Below are positions 35,301-47,300 of a stretch of 64,000 nt of DNA, in pieces. Origin of the DNA: Hydrolagus colliei (Eukaryota). Within the stretch, counting starts at the first letter, position 1. The number at the start of each line of letters is the position of its first letter. The DNA is taken from positions 14,942,001-15,006,000 of the forward strand of contig CM068749.1 of NCBI GenBank assembly GCA_035084275.1. The letters run 5' to 3'. The notes under the pieces were generated by a model that ran no database searches, was not told the DNA's origin, and saw only the letters and a list, made by a program, of their open reading frames with translations. Made by a program: the position numbers and the translations under genes.

Positions 35301-38300
35301 TATTTGGTTTGTGCTGCAATCATACTGCACACTTGGTGGCAAATTGTCACAGTTTGGGGCAGAAATGCACTCTCCAATCAACCGCGCAGTATTAAATGGA
35401 AGGTGAGCCAACACAAATTGTGCTGGAATTATTCTCCCACATCATCTGGAAGTGTTGGTATCAGGATCGGTGCAAAGTAAAACTGACAGTACTAAATTGT
35501 CTTGGGCTCACTTCTGATTTTGACCATCACATGCATGGTCTCAGAACAATCAACAGGCTCTTTATTAACTTAATAAAAGTATTGATCAAAGTAACAAGCT
35601 CTTTAATCCCACTAAAACCTAAGACCACAATTCGCTGTTATGTGCATTCACCAACATCTCAAAATTAGGTGTTTTTCTTTTCATTCAATCTGATGTACAG
35701 AATGGAGTATAAATCAATATATAGTTACTGACAAAGGGTCGTGGACCCGAAACGTTGATTCCCTTTCCCCATAGATGCTGCCTGACCTGCTGAGTTTTTG
35801 TCCCCATGGTTACTTTGGTTACTACCACGTCATAATTTTTCTGAATGCACAAGAGGGTTTTGCCACTTTTTCAGTGTTCTCTATTGCCGTCGAAAGATTT
35901 CTATACTGCCTGTTCTTTCCCAAGAATATAGACATGGAGTGAGCGTTTCAGAAATCTTGCAGAATATCGCTACTTAAATGTTAAATTTTCAAAACTAGGA
36001 TACAGGTGCTGTTAGCCATTATCTAATTATAACAGGACGTTACAGCTGTCTTTTCTGTTGCAACTCTCAAATTGGCCATCAAGTTAATTTAGTAATAGAA
36101 GCTAATGTTCAAATGACAAAAATGCTTGCCAGTAAATCATTTTGATAATTGGTCAATTAGCCGTCATGGTAAGAAGGATTATTCAGTGCCCTCACCTTTC
36201 ACTGGCTGTACCGCTTTTAATTGTAACTGGTAGCTGAATTTTGACATTTTCCTTTGTTGCATGGAGTGTTATTACAAGATGGTGAAAACTGATTTGAAGC
36301 ACATTTTTAAATGCATTCAGCCTCCTTTGACACACAAGGTTATTATCATGAGACATAAAGCAGCAGAGCTAATGACAGCACACACTGAAATATGGATGGA
36401 GGTCATCACGGTTTATCAAAATTTTAAAGTTTATAAAAATAACCTTTATTTAATTGTTAAACAATGAAATCAAATGTCAGGTAAAACTCTTAAACTCTAA
36501 TCTACCCTACACCCAATGTCATTTGCAATTCGTCCACCCTCATAAAACATAAAAACACAGAAATCCACCTCTCCACCACCTGTTCACAAGTACAGTGGAT
36601 ACAATCTGTCATCTCCACACTCACAAGGACTTGGCTGTTAACTGGCAGGAAACTGGAACTGGGTTGCCTTAAAAAAAACGTTTCCATCAAATTAAATGCT
36701 AATTGCATCTAGACTAATTCTTTTTGATGTACCCTGTGTATTTTTTTTGAAAAAGATACAACGTATGTCAGCCTGATACTTCAAACCTCTGAGTCAGAAG
36801 ATTACGGATTTTAGCCCTTATGGGTGTTAGCACTTTAAGTTCACAAAGTCAACTAAACCGACACTCCTGGGGAGTACTGCATTGTCAGAGGTGTCGTCCT
36901 TTAGTGTGAGACCGAACATTTCCTGTTTGAATGGATCTTAAAAATCTCATGGCACTGTTTAAAAAGAAAAGAGAATTTCTCCCAATGGTGTCTTGGCCAA
37001 CAATCTCCTGACAAAACTGGTCATTCATTTCATGACTGTTTGTGGGACAATGCGGAGTGCAAACTAGGGAATGATTTCTCTGTTTCAATAGGGCCACCTG
37101 TCTCACTGCTAAAACATTGTTTCTCACTTACTGTCTTCGTCTTGTAGTCTGTGATAATATCTGTCATTTTTCAGAACCAGCATATTCTGGCATCTGCACA
37201 ATTTGAATTGCCAATTAAAATAGATTTGCTGTACACAATTTTTTTTACATTAGCCCTTTTAATTATACAGCAACCTCTGATTTAATGAATAATACTTCTG
37301 TCTTTCCAACAGGGAAAGCATGTACAAGCTTTTGCAATACATCCCAGCAGATGGGGCTAGTCTAATTTCAATTACATTCACATAATGTGTACACTCAATA
37401 CACAATGCAACTGTAACACAGACAAGGAAATAATACTTACCATAGCCTATCACCCCAACTACTGCAAAGATCACAAACCAGAATAATACGCCAGCTGTAA
37501 ACCGCAGGAGTAGGATGAACACCAGGCTCACAACCATTGCAATGACCAACCCACTATAAATAAAAAATGATGTTAATTACAGATACACTGAAAGGAACCT
37601 AATTATGTTCACCTCCAGTTGCATTGTCACTTAAGATGAGGTGTTTAGTTCATCACATTGTAACAGACGTCTGATGGTCACACATTAACACTTCATAACA
37701 GAGGTCAATTGGCACATTTTATAACACTGCAAGAGAAGCACCATGTGCATACCTTATCACGTTCTAGTATAAAGATATGTGCACTTCTTGGATTGTAAAT
37801 AGAAGCCAATGGTCAGTCATTTGCAACCGCAAATTATGAGAAACCGATAGATGCCTATTGCAACTTCAAATTATTAGATTTAAATTCACTTGGTTCAGCA
37901 AAAAAGGAGCCCTTCCCGGAAGCGTCATAACCTGATCATGCGTATTCATTCAATATGTTATCCACTAAAACAGTGAACTGGCTTTCTGAGTACTGTGTTT
38001 GTACATTTTAATATATTCTAGCTGGATTTCTATTTGTATGCTCGCAGGTTAATGTGTTTCTTGATATTTATTTGAAAGGGGAAAGAGAGTAATTGATTCT
38101 CAGTTTGTTGTTGTATTACACCTCCTCCTCCTCTCTGCTATGTAATGTAAAACTTTTGTTCAGTTACCTGATGAACACTTCCACCAAATTCCACCAATAT
38201 GTAGCACAGCAGGCCAATAATACTGTACTTAATGCTTAATAGCTAAATTTGATAGCATGATATGCATGAAAACAATCCTGCCTATACAGCAGTATGTGAA

Positions 38301-41300
38301 TTTGAACCCTCAGTCCTTCTGTCTTAGAAAGACAGAATATCATCAAGAGTTCCTGCTGGTTATGTCAATCCAGCAAATTGATGCAACTGAGACATGTGTG
38401 GATGTGCAGTGAGGGCAAGATGCTTGCCAATTAGGCTTATGCATTAAAAAGGGACACTATGACAATATATCACAGTGTGGCCCTGGAACTCGATGACTGC
38501 ACAAAAAAATTAAAAGCAATATTGTGTATCATCCTCTTTTGTATTTTGACCGCTGATTGCAATAGTAAATGCTTTGAAATGGGCACTTACTGCACTTAAA
38601 CAAACGATTTTCTGCATTTCTGCTGTAACTATTCTAAACCTATACTTACATTAAAATCCAGAACCAGGAGTTAGTATAGTCTTCAAAAATCTTCATTCCA
38701 ACCTCTCTCGCATCAAGAACATCATTTATGCCACTGTAACAAATTCAATCATATTACTGCCTATTTTGTATTCATAGTAATTACTACTGATTCAGCACAG
38801 CAACTTATTTCAGACTATTGCAAGAGAAGTTAATAATGTCACACCGGATTAGAAGCAATGCATTTAGCATTACCACGATAAGTACAATACATTACATCTC
38901 ACAGAAGTAAATTACTGTCATTTAAAAAATAGACTGGTAGTGAGTTGTTTGTAATACATTTCAACAACGTTTGCCAGTTAAGAACATAATTCTTTGCTGA
39001 AATAATCAGATATCACAAAGTTGAAGGATATGATATCACACTAGCCCTTCCACATGTAGAAAGTTCCCAGCCTGACTTATGCCACTGGATAGAAACATTG
39101 ACTAGAGACAGATGCTTCCCCAGAGGAAGATAAAGAAGATTTGGGGAGAAAGGTATTGTTAACATGCCAGTGAATCTCGTGGCTGCCCTTTGAGTTAAAT
39201 GTGATGTTTGATGTACGACAAAGAGGAGCTTAAAGCAAATAAAAAAATCTGTTGCACTAAAAATGAATAAGGAAATTTGAAGAATAAACAATAAAAAATG
39301 ATGTAGTTACTAATTACCCTGTAGGTGATATAATTGCAGTTTTTACCTCTTGTAAAATTGAAAGCAATATTTATCATCTGTATTACAACAACAACTTTGA
39401 TTTATATAGTGCCCCCCATGCCGGACGGCGTCTCAGAGCACTTAGAGTATTAGTTATCCTCTTTTTATCGTTTCAACTATTTGTTTCTAAGTCATAATTT
39501 TTATATAGAATCTCTGCCCTTTCATCATTTCTGAAACAGAGGGTTGCTACTGTTCTCTTTGTAATTGTTATGCTGATGATCACAACCGCTGACTAATAAT
39601 GGTGTAGGGACCATAGAAGTTCTGAAAAGATGGGATTAATTGAAATTTTGAAATCTTGATAGAATGTAAAATCAATGTAAGAAACTAATTAGGATTAACT
39701 TTGTAATATCAGAAATCTAAGAAGATTTTCAATTCACGTTGAGTGTTTGTGACTGAATTTGAAAAATCTTGTGAAGAAGTTTGAACAAATGGGATTGGAT
39801 TTGAGAAACCATCAACATATGTTATCCTCTCCCATATTAGGAATTCATCAAATTTGCAGCAGACACTTGTTCTCTTCTGAGTAAATATTACACTCTTTAC
39901 TTCTGTCATGCACAATCGTAGTAAAATAACTAGCAGATGTAATGTGTCTGCAGAAGCCATGTATAGAAGATGGTGTCAAGGAAACAGAAGGCATAATGCT
40001 CAAGACAATAGCTTAATAGTAAAATTTCTGGGAGCAATAACTGCTTTCTGGAAAGAAATGCAAGATGCAACACAACAGGTGTTAGTAAAGCATTTCCTGT
40101 CCCATATGACTGTCTACTCAGTTGGAATTTAAAATGCAAAACAAAAGCTGGCATCTCTAAAACGAACACCATATAATAACCATAAAACACAAAATATTAA
40201 ATTTGGAATAGTTGTCTTGTGTTGCATGTTATTACCAAGAGCAGCCTGCAGGCTGGTGCTGTCTATCTAGGGCTCCAAATGCACAATGCAGGGCAATACA
40301 CATTTTAATGACTTTTTAATCACGACTTTCATATCTTTTGCATGAAAATGCTGCACATAAATCTCAATTGAAGAGATGAAAGGCCTAAGGTTCCACAAAT
40401 CTTATCTTGTGACAACATTCTGTTTTAAAATTGAAGAAGATCGGAATTGTGGAAAGTTCTGTGAAAACTATCTGGCTTTCAAATAAGACTACATTAAAAA
40501 ATATTCCACAATTGTGGAAAATCGCATTAATAAAATTTTGAGAGTATTGCTCGAGTCCAGCGCTTTGTTCTTTGACAACAATAGATCATAAGCAAAATTC
40601 TTTCTTTGAAAGGAAATGAGAAGAATGGATGCCTTCCAGTGTTCCCATGGTTTCAAATGAGAGAATGCATCTCTAGGTGTGAACCACTAAGAACACAATA
40701 AGGTGAAAGGGAAAAATATCTGATTGCTGAGATATTAATAATAATCTATGCATTTGATATAGTGCTTTACATGTCTTCTAGATGTCTCAAAGCGCTTCAC
40801 AGAATATACTATAAAGTGAACTGACTGTATATTTGTGTGTGGTACTACATGGCAGCCAATTGCGCCCAACCGTGTCTCACAAGCAGTCATGGATTGAAAT
40901 GACCAATTTTTTGGAGGGATTATTATCAGGCACGTGGAGTATGGAAACTTGCCCAAGGTTTCACCCTGCCAGGAAATGAACCCAAGCCTCCTGCTTGTGA
41001 GGCGAGTGCTCTAACCACTGAGGTACAGGACTCGACATATTCTTTAACAGGGAGCCAGTGAACATAAGCATATAAGAATAAGAAGCAGGAGTAGGCCATT
41101 CGGTTCCTCGAGCCTGCCCCGCCATTCAATAAGATCACGGCTGATCTTCTAATCTAACTCCATCTGCCCGCCTTATCCCCGTGTCCCTTAATCCCTCTAT
41201 CCATAAGAAATCTATCAATTTCAGTCTTGAATATGCCTTTTGGGGTAGAGAATTTCACAAATTCACTACCCTCCAAGTGTTTACTCAATTCTGTTCGAAA

Positions 41301-44300
41301 AGGGTGCCCCTTAATCTTAAAACTGTGAACCCTAGTTATAGATTCTCCTACCAGGGGAAACACTCTCCCACTGTCTACTCTGTCATGCCCCTTAAGAAAC
41401 TTATAGGTTTCCATAAAATAACCTCTAATTCTTCTATATTCTAGAGAATATAGGCCTAGTTTACTCAATCTTCATGGGTCATACCCCTCATCCCCGGAAC
41501 CAACCTAGTGAATCTACACTGCACCCCTTCTAAGGCGAGCACGTCCTTTCTTAAATAAGGAGACCAAAACTGCGCACAACATTCTAGGTGCGGTCTTACC
41601 AAGGTCCTGTACAGTTACATTAAGACTTTTCTACTCTTGTAATTCTAACACCAACATGCAATTAGCCTTCCTAGTTGCATGCTGTACCTGCAAACTAACT
41701 TTTTGCGTTTGGTGTACCAGGACATCCAAATCCATCTGATCACTAACACTATCTGGTGTTTCCGCTTCTAGAAAATTCCATCTGCCGCCTTCTTGCCCAT
41801 TCACCTGGCCTATCTATATATCGTTGCATTCTTTTTGTGTCATCCTCGGAACTTTCTCTCCCACCTAGCTTTGTATCATCCGCGAATTTAGATATTTTAA
41901 GTTCTATGTCCTCATCTAGATCATTGATATAGATTGTAAATAGTTGAGGCCTAAGCACTGATCCTTGTGGCATATATTCGTTAGCCAATCTTCAATCCAT
42001 GCTAATATAGCATGGATATTAAAGGGCCCATGCCTTTAATTCCATGGGCCCTAATCTTGTGTAGCGACCTTTTATGTGGCACCTTTCGAATGCCTTTTAA
42101 AAATCTAAATACACTACATCTACTGGTTCCCCGCTATCTAACCTGCTAATTACATCTTCAAAAAACTCTAAAAGATTTGTTAAGCATGACTTCCCCTTTG
42201 TAAAGTCATGTTGACTGCATCTAATCATGCAATGTTCTTCTAAGCACCACTATGATGTCCTTAATTGAGGATCCTAGAATTTTCCCTACCACCGATGTCA
42301 GATTAACAGGTCTATCATGCCCAGACAAGCATTCACTGAAATCAGGCAAGAACTGGGTGAAGGAGTTCAGAGCCTGACATGGGCAAGGACAGCAGATCAT
42401 CAGGAAAAGTCATAAATGATGAGTAGGATAGCACCAGACTCCAAGAGGACTTAGATAGATTGGTAAAATGGGCAGAAACGTGGCAGATGAGATTACTAAT
42501 AATTGTCAAGCATAAGGATACCTGAGTGGATCTAAAAGTATTTGATTTAATTTTAAATAAACCAATCACTTTGGAAATCATTTAGCACAAACTTTCAGGA
42601 AATAACACTTCAAGTGTATAAAGAATTGGTTGAATGTGAGGAATGTGAAAGTCACATAGAGCAATACAAAGGATTATCCTCTCAAACAGCAGAATAGCTA
42701 GCTCAGATTGATGAATAGTTTGTTTTCTTACTGCTATAAGCAGTGTGGAGTAATGCTACCTGCTCCCTACCATTTTCTGAGTGAAGAAACTAGCTCTTTA
42801 TTAACATCATAAGTGAATTGTTGAAAATTCCTGGGTGGCCCGTTAGCTTGCCCAATTGGCCACTATTTATGTGTGAAAATTGACAGTGAGTGCTGGCAGG
42901 GTATTCAACCACAGTGGGGCTTAACTGCCAAGCCTGTTCTCTCCAGAGGTTCACACATTTGTCAATTGATCAGTACAGAGCAGTGAATAGCAATTAGCAG
43001 AATTTGGTTCTTTCCCTCATCCGCTAAACCCAACACTGAGGCTGATTGTAGGCCAAATACTGCCCCAAATGAGATCAGGTGATGCATTTTAAGTGATCAC
43101 TTTTGAATGCAGCCCAAATTGAATCACACCACCTGTGTTTAGAGTTCAGTTTTGCTAAAGGGTGTCTAGCTTGTATCGTCTCCTTCAGACACCCAGACTG
43201 CAACAGAAATCACCTGTAATATGTTTTTTTTTGTGTGGCCATTTGATGTTGTTTTGTGCAATTTTGCAATGGTATGCCCACCTCTGTTGTTGGCCAGTTT
43301 CCAGGAAGATCGCCACTGCTCAACTTTTTTTTAAAAAAATTCAATTTCCTTGGGAGCAGTAAGAGCATCAAAAGTAATTGTTTTCCTTAGGTGTAAATGA
43401 AGACTCAAAGGACATCTCAAAAGAATTGATGCATCATAAGAAATTCTCTTTGAAATAATGGAGCAAAGCAGGTTTGGGTTACAAAGTTGTTCTGCCAAAC
43501 TGAGGATATTGATTGTAAAACCATATGGAAGCTGGATTTAATTGTTATATTGACCATTTACTTACACATATTTTAAAAATTCCACTCGAAGATGAGTGGT
43601 GTGATAATATTTGATGGGTAATAAATCAATGGCTGACCTTACAACTTTAACTACTGACTGGAATATAAAATCATTTGTTTAGTCTTCAGGGATTGAAAAT
43701 CTCAGCAATATTGTTGCCTGGTTGACGATATTCTTATCTGTGATGAAAATTAGCATGTGCATTCCTTGGTATCAGAATCAGCTTTGATAAGTGTTTCTGT
43801 TGTGGCTGCAAAACTAATAACAAATTATTAAATAAACTACATGAGCTGATGGTATCAATCGGTCCACAATTTCTGTGCTCATACTTTTCTTAATGAGCCA
43901 GTCAGTTATGCACAGCAATAGATTGGCTTTATTTTGCAGATTTTTTTAAAAAAAACTGACCATCACATCAGATTCAATTTGAAATGATCATCACATCAAA
44001 TTCTAATCCGTTTCATAATCTGAAGCAAACTAAGAGTGACTGAAACCATCAAGATGGTAAAATGGGATGTGAATGTGGAACCTTGCATTTTCATACAGCT
44101 CATGGATAAAAATGATAGGCTATTAACTCTCCCTAAGCTGGTTATTCCAATGTCTACTTTGGGTTGCTTTAGAACGTCTGGAAACACTATGAGTATCATA
44201 ATAAGAATATGAGCATAAAGTGTCCACCTTTATGCTCCACCTTTACTACATCACTCTAACACCACCTAATCATTTTCACAATTAGGGCATCAGGCAGGGA

Positions 44301-47300
44301 CTTTGATGTATTATTTTAATGAAAGCTAATTACACAATTTGAAATATTAATGTTTTTTTCAAAATATCCATCTTCAGGCCTCAAAATGATTTGCATACTC
44401 AAATCAAATCACCTTTCATCCATAATTTAATTCTTCAATCTAAGTTTTCATTAAACATTATTAATAATTATATTATTAAGAAGCAATTTTTAGCCAGATT
44501 TATATAAGATAAAAATAAATCCTCCATTGTTTAAGGTTAGAAGCCACCTGGAGATTGAATCTTACTCCAAATGAATAATCCTTGCATTTAATGTAGCACT
44601 TTATCATTTCGTTGAGACATCTTAAAGCACTTCACAGAATATACTGTAAAGTGCATTGACTGTATATTGTGTGAGCAAGACGTGGCAGCCATTGCAAACA
44701 GCCATGGATTGATTGACCAAATGATGGAGAGAGATATATACTGTATTAAGAAATGAATGCCACTGTTGCCGGTCTGATTTGATCCTACATTTTGCAGAAA
44801 GGATACATTCATTTCCTATTAAGTCAAATTGGTCAAAAATAAATCTCTAATAGAAGTTGTTTTTAAAACAAAGAACTGTTTTGTATGGTTATACACAGCT
44901 GACATAGATAATGCAAAATAATATGTTTCTTTAATGTTATAATGTTGAGTGGACAAGACTATAAAGTATCTTTTTTTTAAAAAAGTACCAAAACCTTTCT
45001 GATATGAATGGTCTCTCTGGGAATCTTCCTTGCATCTGATTATCAGGATTGTACTGCTACAAGGTTGCTAATGAAGAAAAATCTGTATTAATTTGTTCCC
45101 ATGTGAACTCCCTTTCATCTTGGGTGGCCTTGATTTGCTGCATGCCTGAAGACTTCCAAACATATTATATATTATATATACACACATATATATAAAGGCA
45201 CACACAAATATTGCAATTCCCAAAGGTAAGACCTTCTACGTGCTAATTTTCAAGTATTAACCCTCTTTTCTCCAAGTTCAATACTTCCATTTTCTGCTAC
45301 CCTGTTCTGGCTCATTGCCTAATCCTACATATAATGTACATGATAGTCAATTAATCCACCTATCAATCAGGTCAAATATAGCATGGACTACATTCAGAAC
45401 AAAGCTACCTCTAATAGTAATGTGCTAAAGCTCCCTTTCAAAACAATAACTCTCTGTTTCACCCACTGACATTCTCCATCAGCTATGCTTAGCCACTCTG
45501 AGTGAGATTGGCAATTTGCGGTGAAATATAGGCAGGCATGTGATGATCATTGTCACTATTAATTAAGTTGATATTTCCCAATGTTCCCAGTCAATAGAGC
45601 GAGGAGACTTTCAACCTTTTGGTAATGAGCTATACTTGAACCCCAGTGTCGCAGACAATAGGAGTGCACATGTCCAACTTGCAACTTAGTCTCCCCAGGA
45701 ACATTTAACACCAACAATATAGTCAATTTTTTAGGGTAATTGAGAAGACGAGTGGATATTTTACTGCGACAAAGTATAACAGAGTTTGCAAACTTTTCCA
45801 TCATTTTTTTTGAACTACAGTACTGTACAGTATTCAAGAAAAAATACAACTAAGAACCAATGCTGGCACTCCAACCACAGCCATGCAGTTATTAAACAGA
45901 TCTTATATACAATCAACATTGTATCTAGTAACCACATGCATCATAAAGCAAATCTGCCTCGAATGCTCATACGTTTACAACCATTGTTGTCTCCATGTAT
46001 AACAAGCTGAAGTAAATCACAAACATGCACTGAATTCCAACTGAGCTGTAAAACTGACATACAGAACAGCCAAAGAGCTGATGGCAGGTTTAATGCATAT
46101 TAGCTCATTCAGAGCTTTTGATATTGTTTAAAAATAATTCCAACACCTTTTGGGTCTGTGACGGATTGTTGTAACTTGGCTGTAAATTTAAAAACAAATA
46201 TACTATTTGTCGCACTTACAAAAGTAACCCACTGCAAACAAATTTAAGCCATTCTTCACAAAATAAAATGTACAATAGAAGTGGTTTAGGTAAATTATGA
46301 CCAGAAAGTCAAACTGTAATCATTTTCTGAACCCATAGTGAGAATACAGCTTTACATTTGCTTCTGTTGGTTAATTTATATGCTGTGTGTTTCAATGGGT
46401 GGTTTTACTTCTGTTTGTTTTGCTCGCTAAACATTGTGAATTCTCTAGTACTGTATGTGTACTCTAGGTCATTGGATTATTAATTAAGTCAATAACTGGT
46501 ACATTGTACAAACATAAATATATCACTGGTGGCTACAGAATTATTAGCATCAAGCCCTGGTATGAAGTACAGCCTAATTAGATTGAACATTTATGGATAG
46601 AATCCTGCCAAGAAAAAAGATAGGACTCCACTGAAGCCATTTGAAAGAGGAGAGTATCTCTGCATTTTGGTTCTATTGAAAAGTGCTGTGATGAGATTAT
46701 TTGGTTTGTAATATAACAGCTGATTTTTAAATTAGCTAAGCCTGGGAATGAATGATGTTTGCAACTAGTTATCACTGATCAACCTATTCTACACCTCTGG
46801 GTGGTAATTGATTGCTGCTGGTGTGGCAGAGGTCAGTAGATCCATTCTGAAGCAGGGCAGGGATAATATTGTACTACTCACAAGAAATCTCAGCCATGTA
46901 TGTTTATTTTCAAGGACCTAAAATCGTAATGAGTTTTCATTGGCTCAGACTTGTGCTATGAAATGATTGCAATGCTAAGTAAATATGTTAACACCTCTAC
47001 CTATAAAATTGCACTCATTTTATTTGGCCTCTGCAATGGTGACAGTGACAGTATTTGGTAATTATGGTGTGGGTCCTCAATCAAGTCGAGAATTTAAAAA
47101 AGCAAGAAAAAATGCAAGCTTTCCTGCACTTCATTTTAATGAAATGCAATGATGATATTGGCCTTCGCGTTAACTAACAAAGCTATCAGAGGAATTGAGA
47201 CAAGTAGTGATAAAAGGCAAGTCAACATTTCTAGAATACTAATGATGATCTTTATGCTTGGAGCAAATGAGGCCTGATGGAAGAAGGCGTTCAATATGTT

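Noticed and set aside
41154-41988. RT-like ORFs as an active retroelement or novel RT system
   Set aside because: They are frameshifted, internally deleted, 5'-truncated CR1 remnants.
45400-45550. Possible LF-SINE-like relic
   Set aside because: The resemblance is too short and weak to support without an HMM search.
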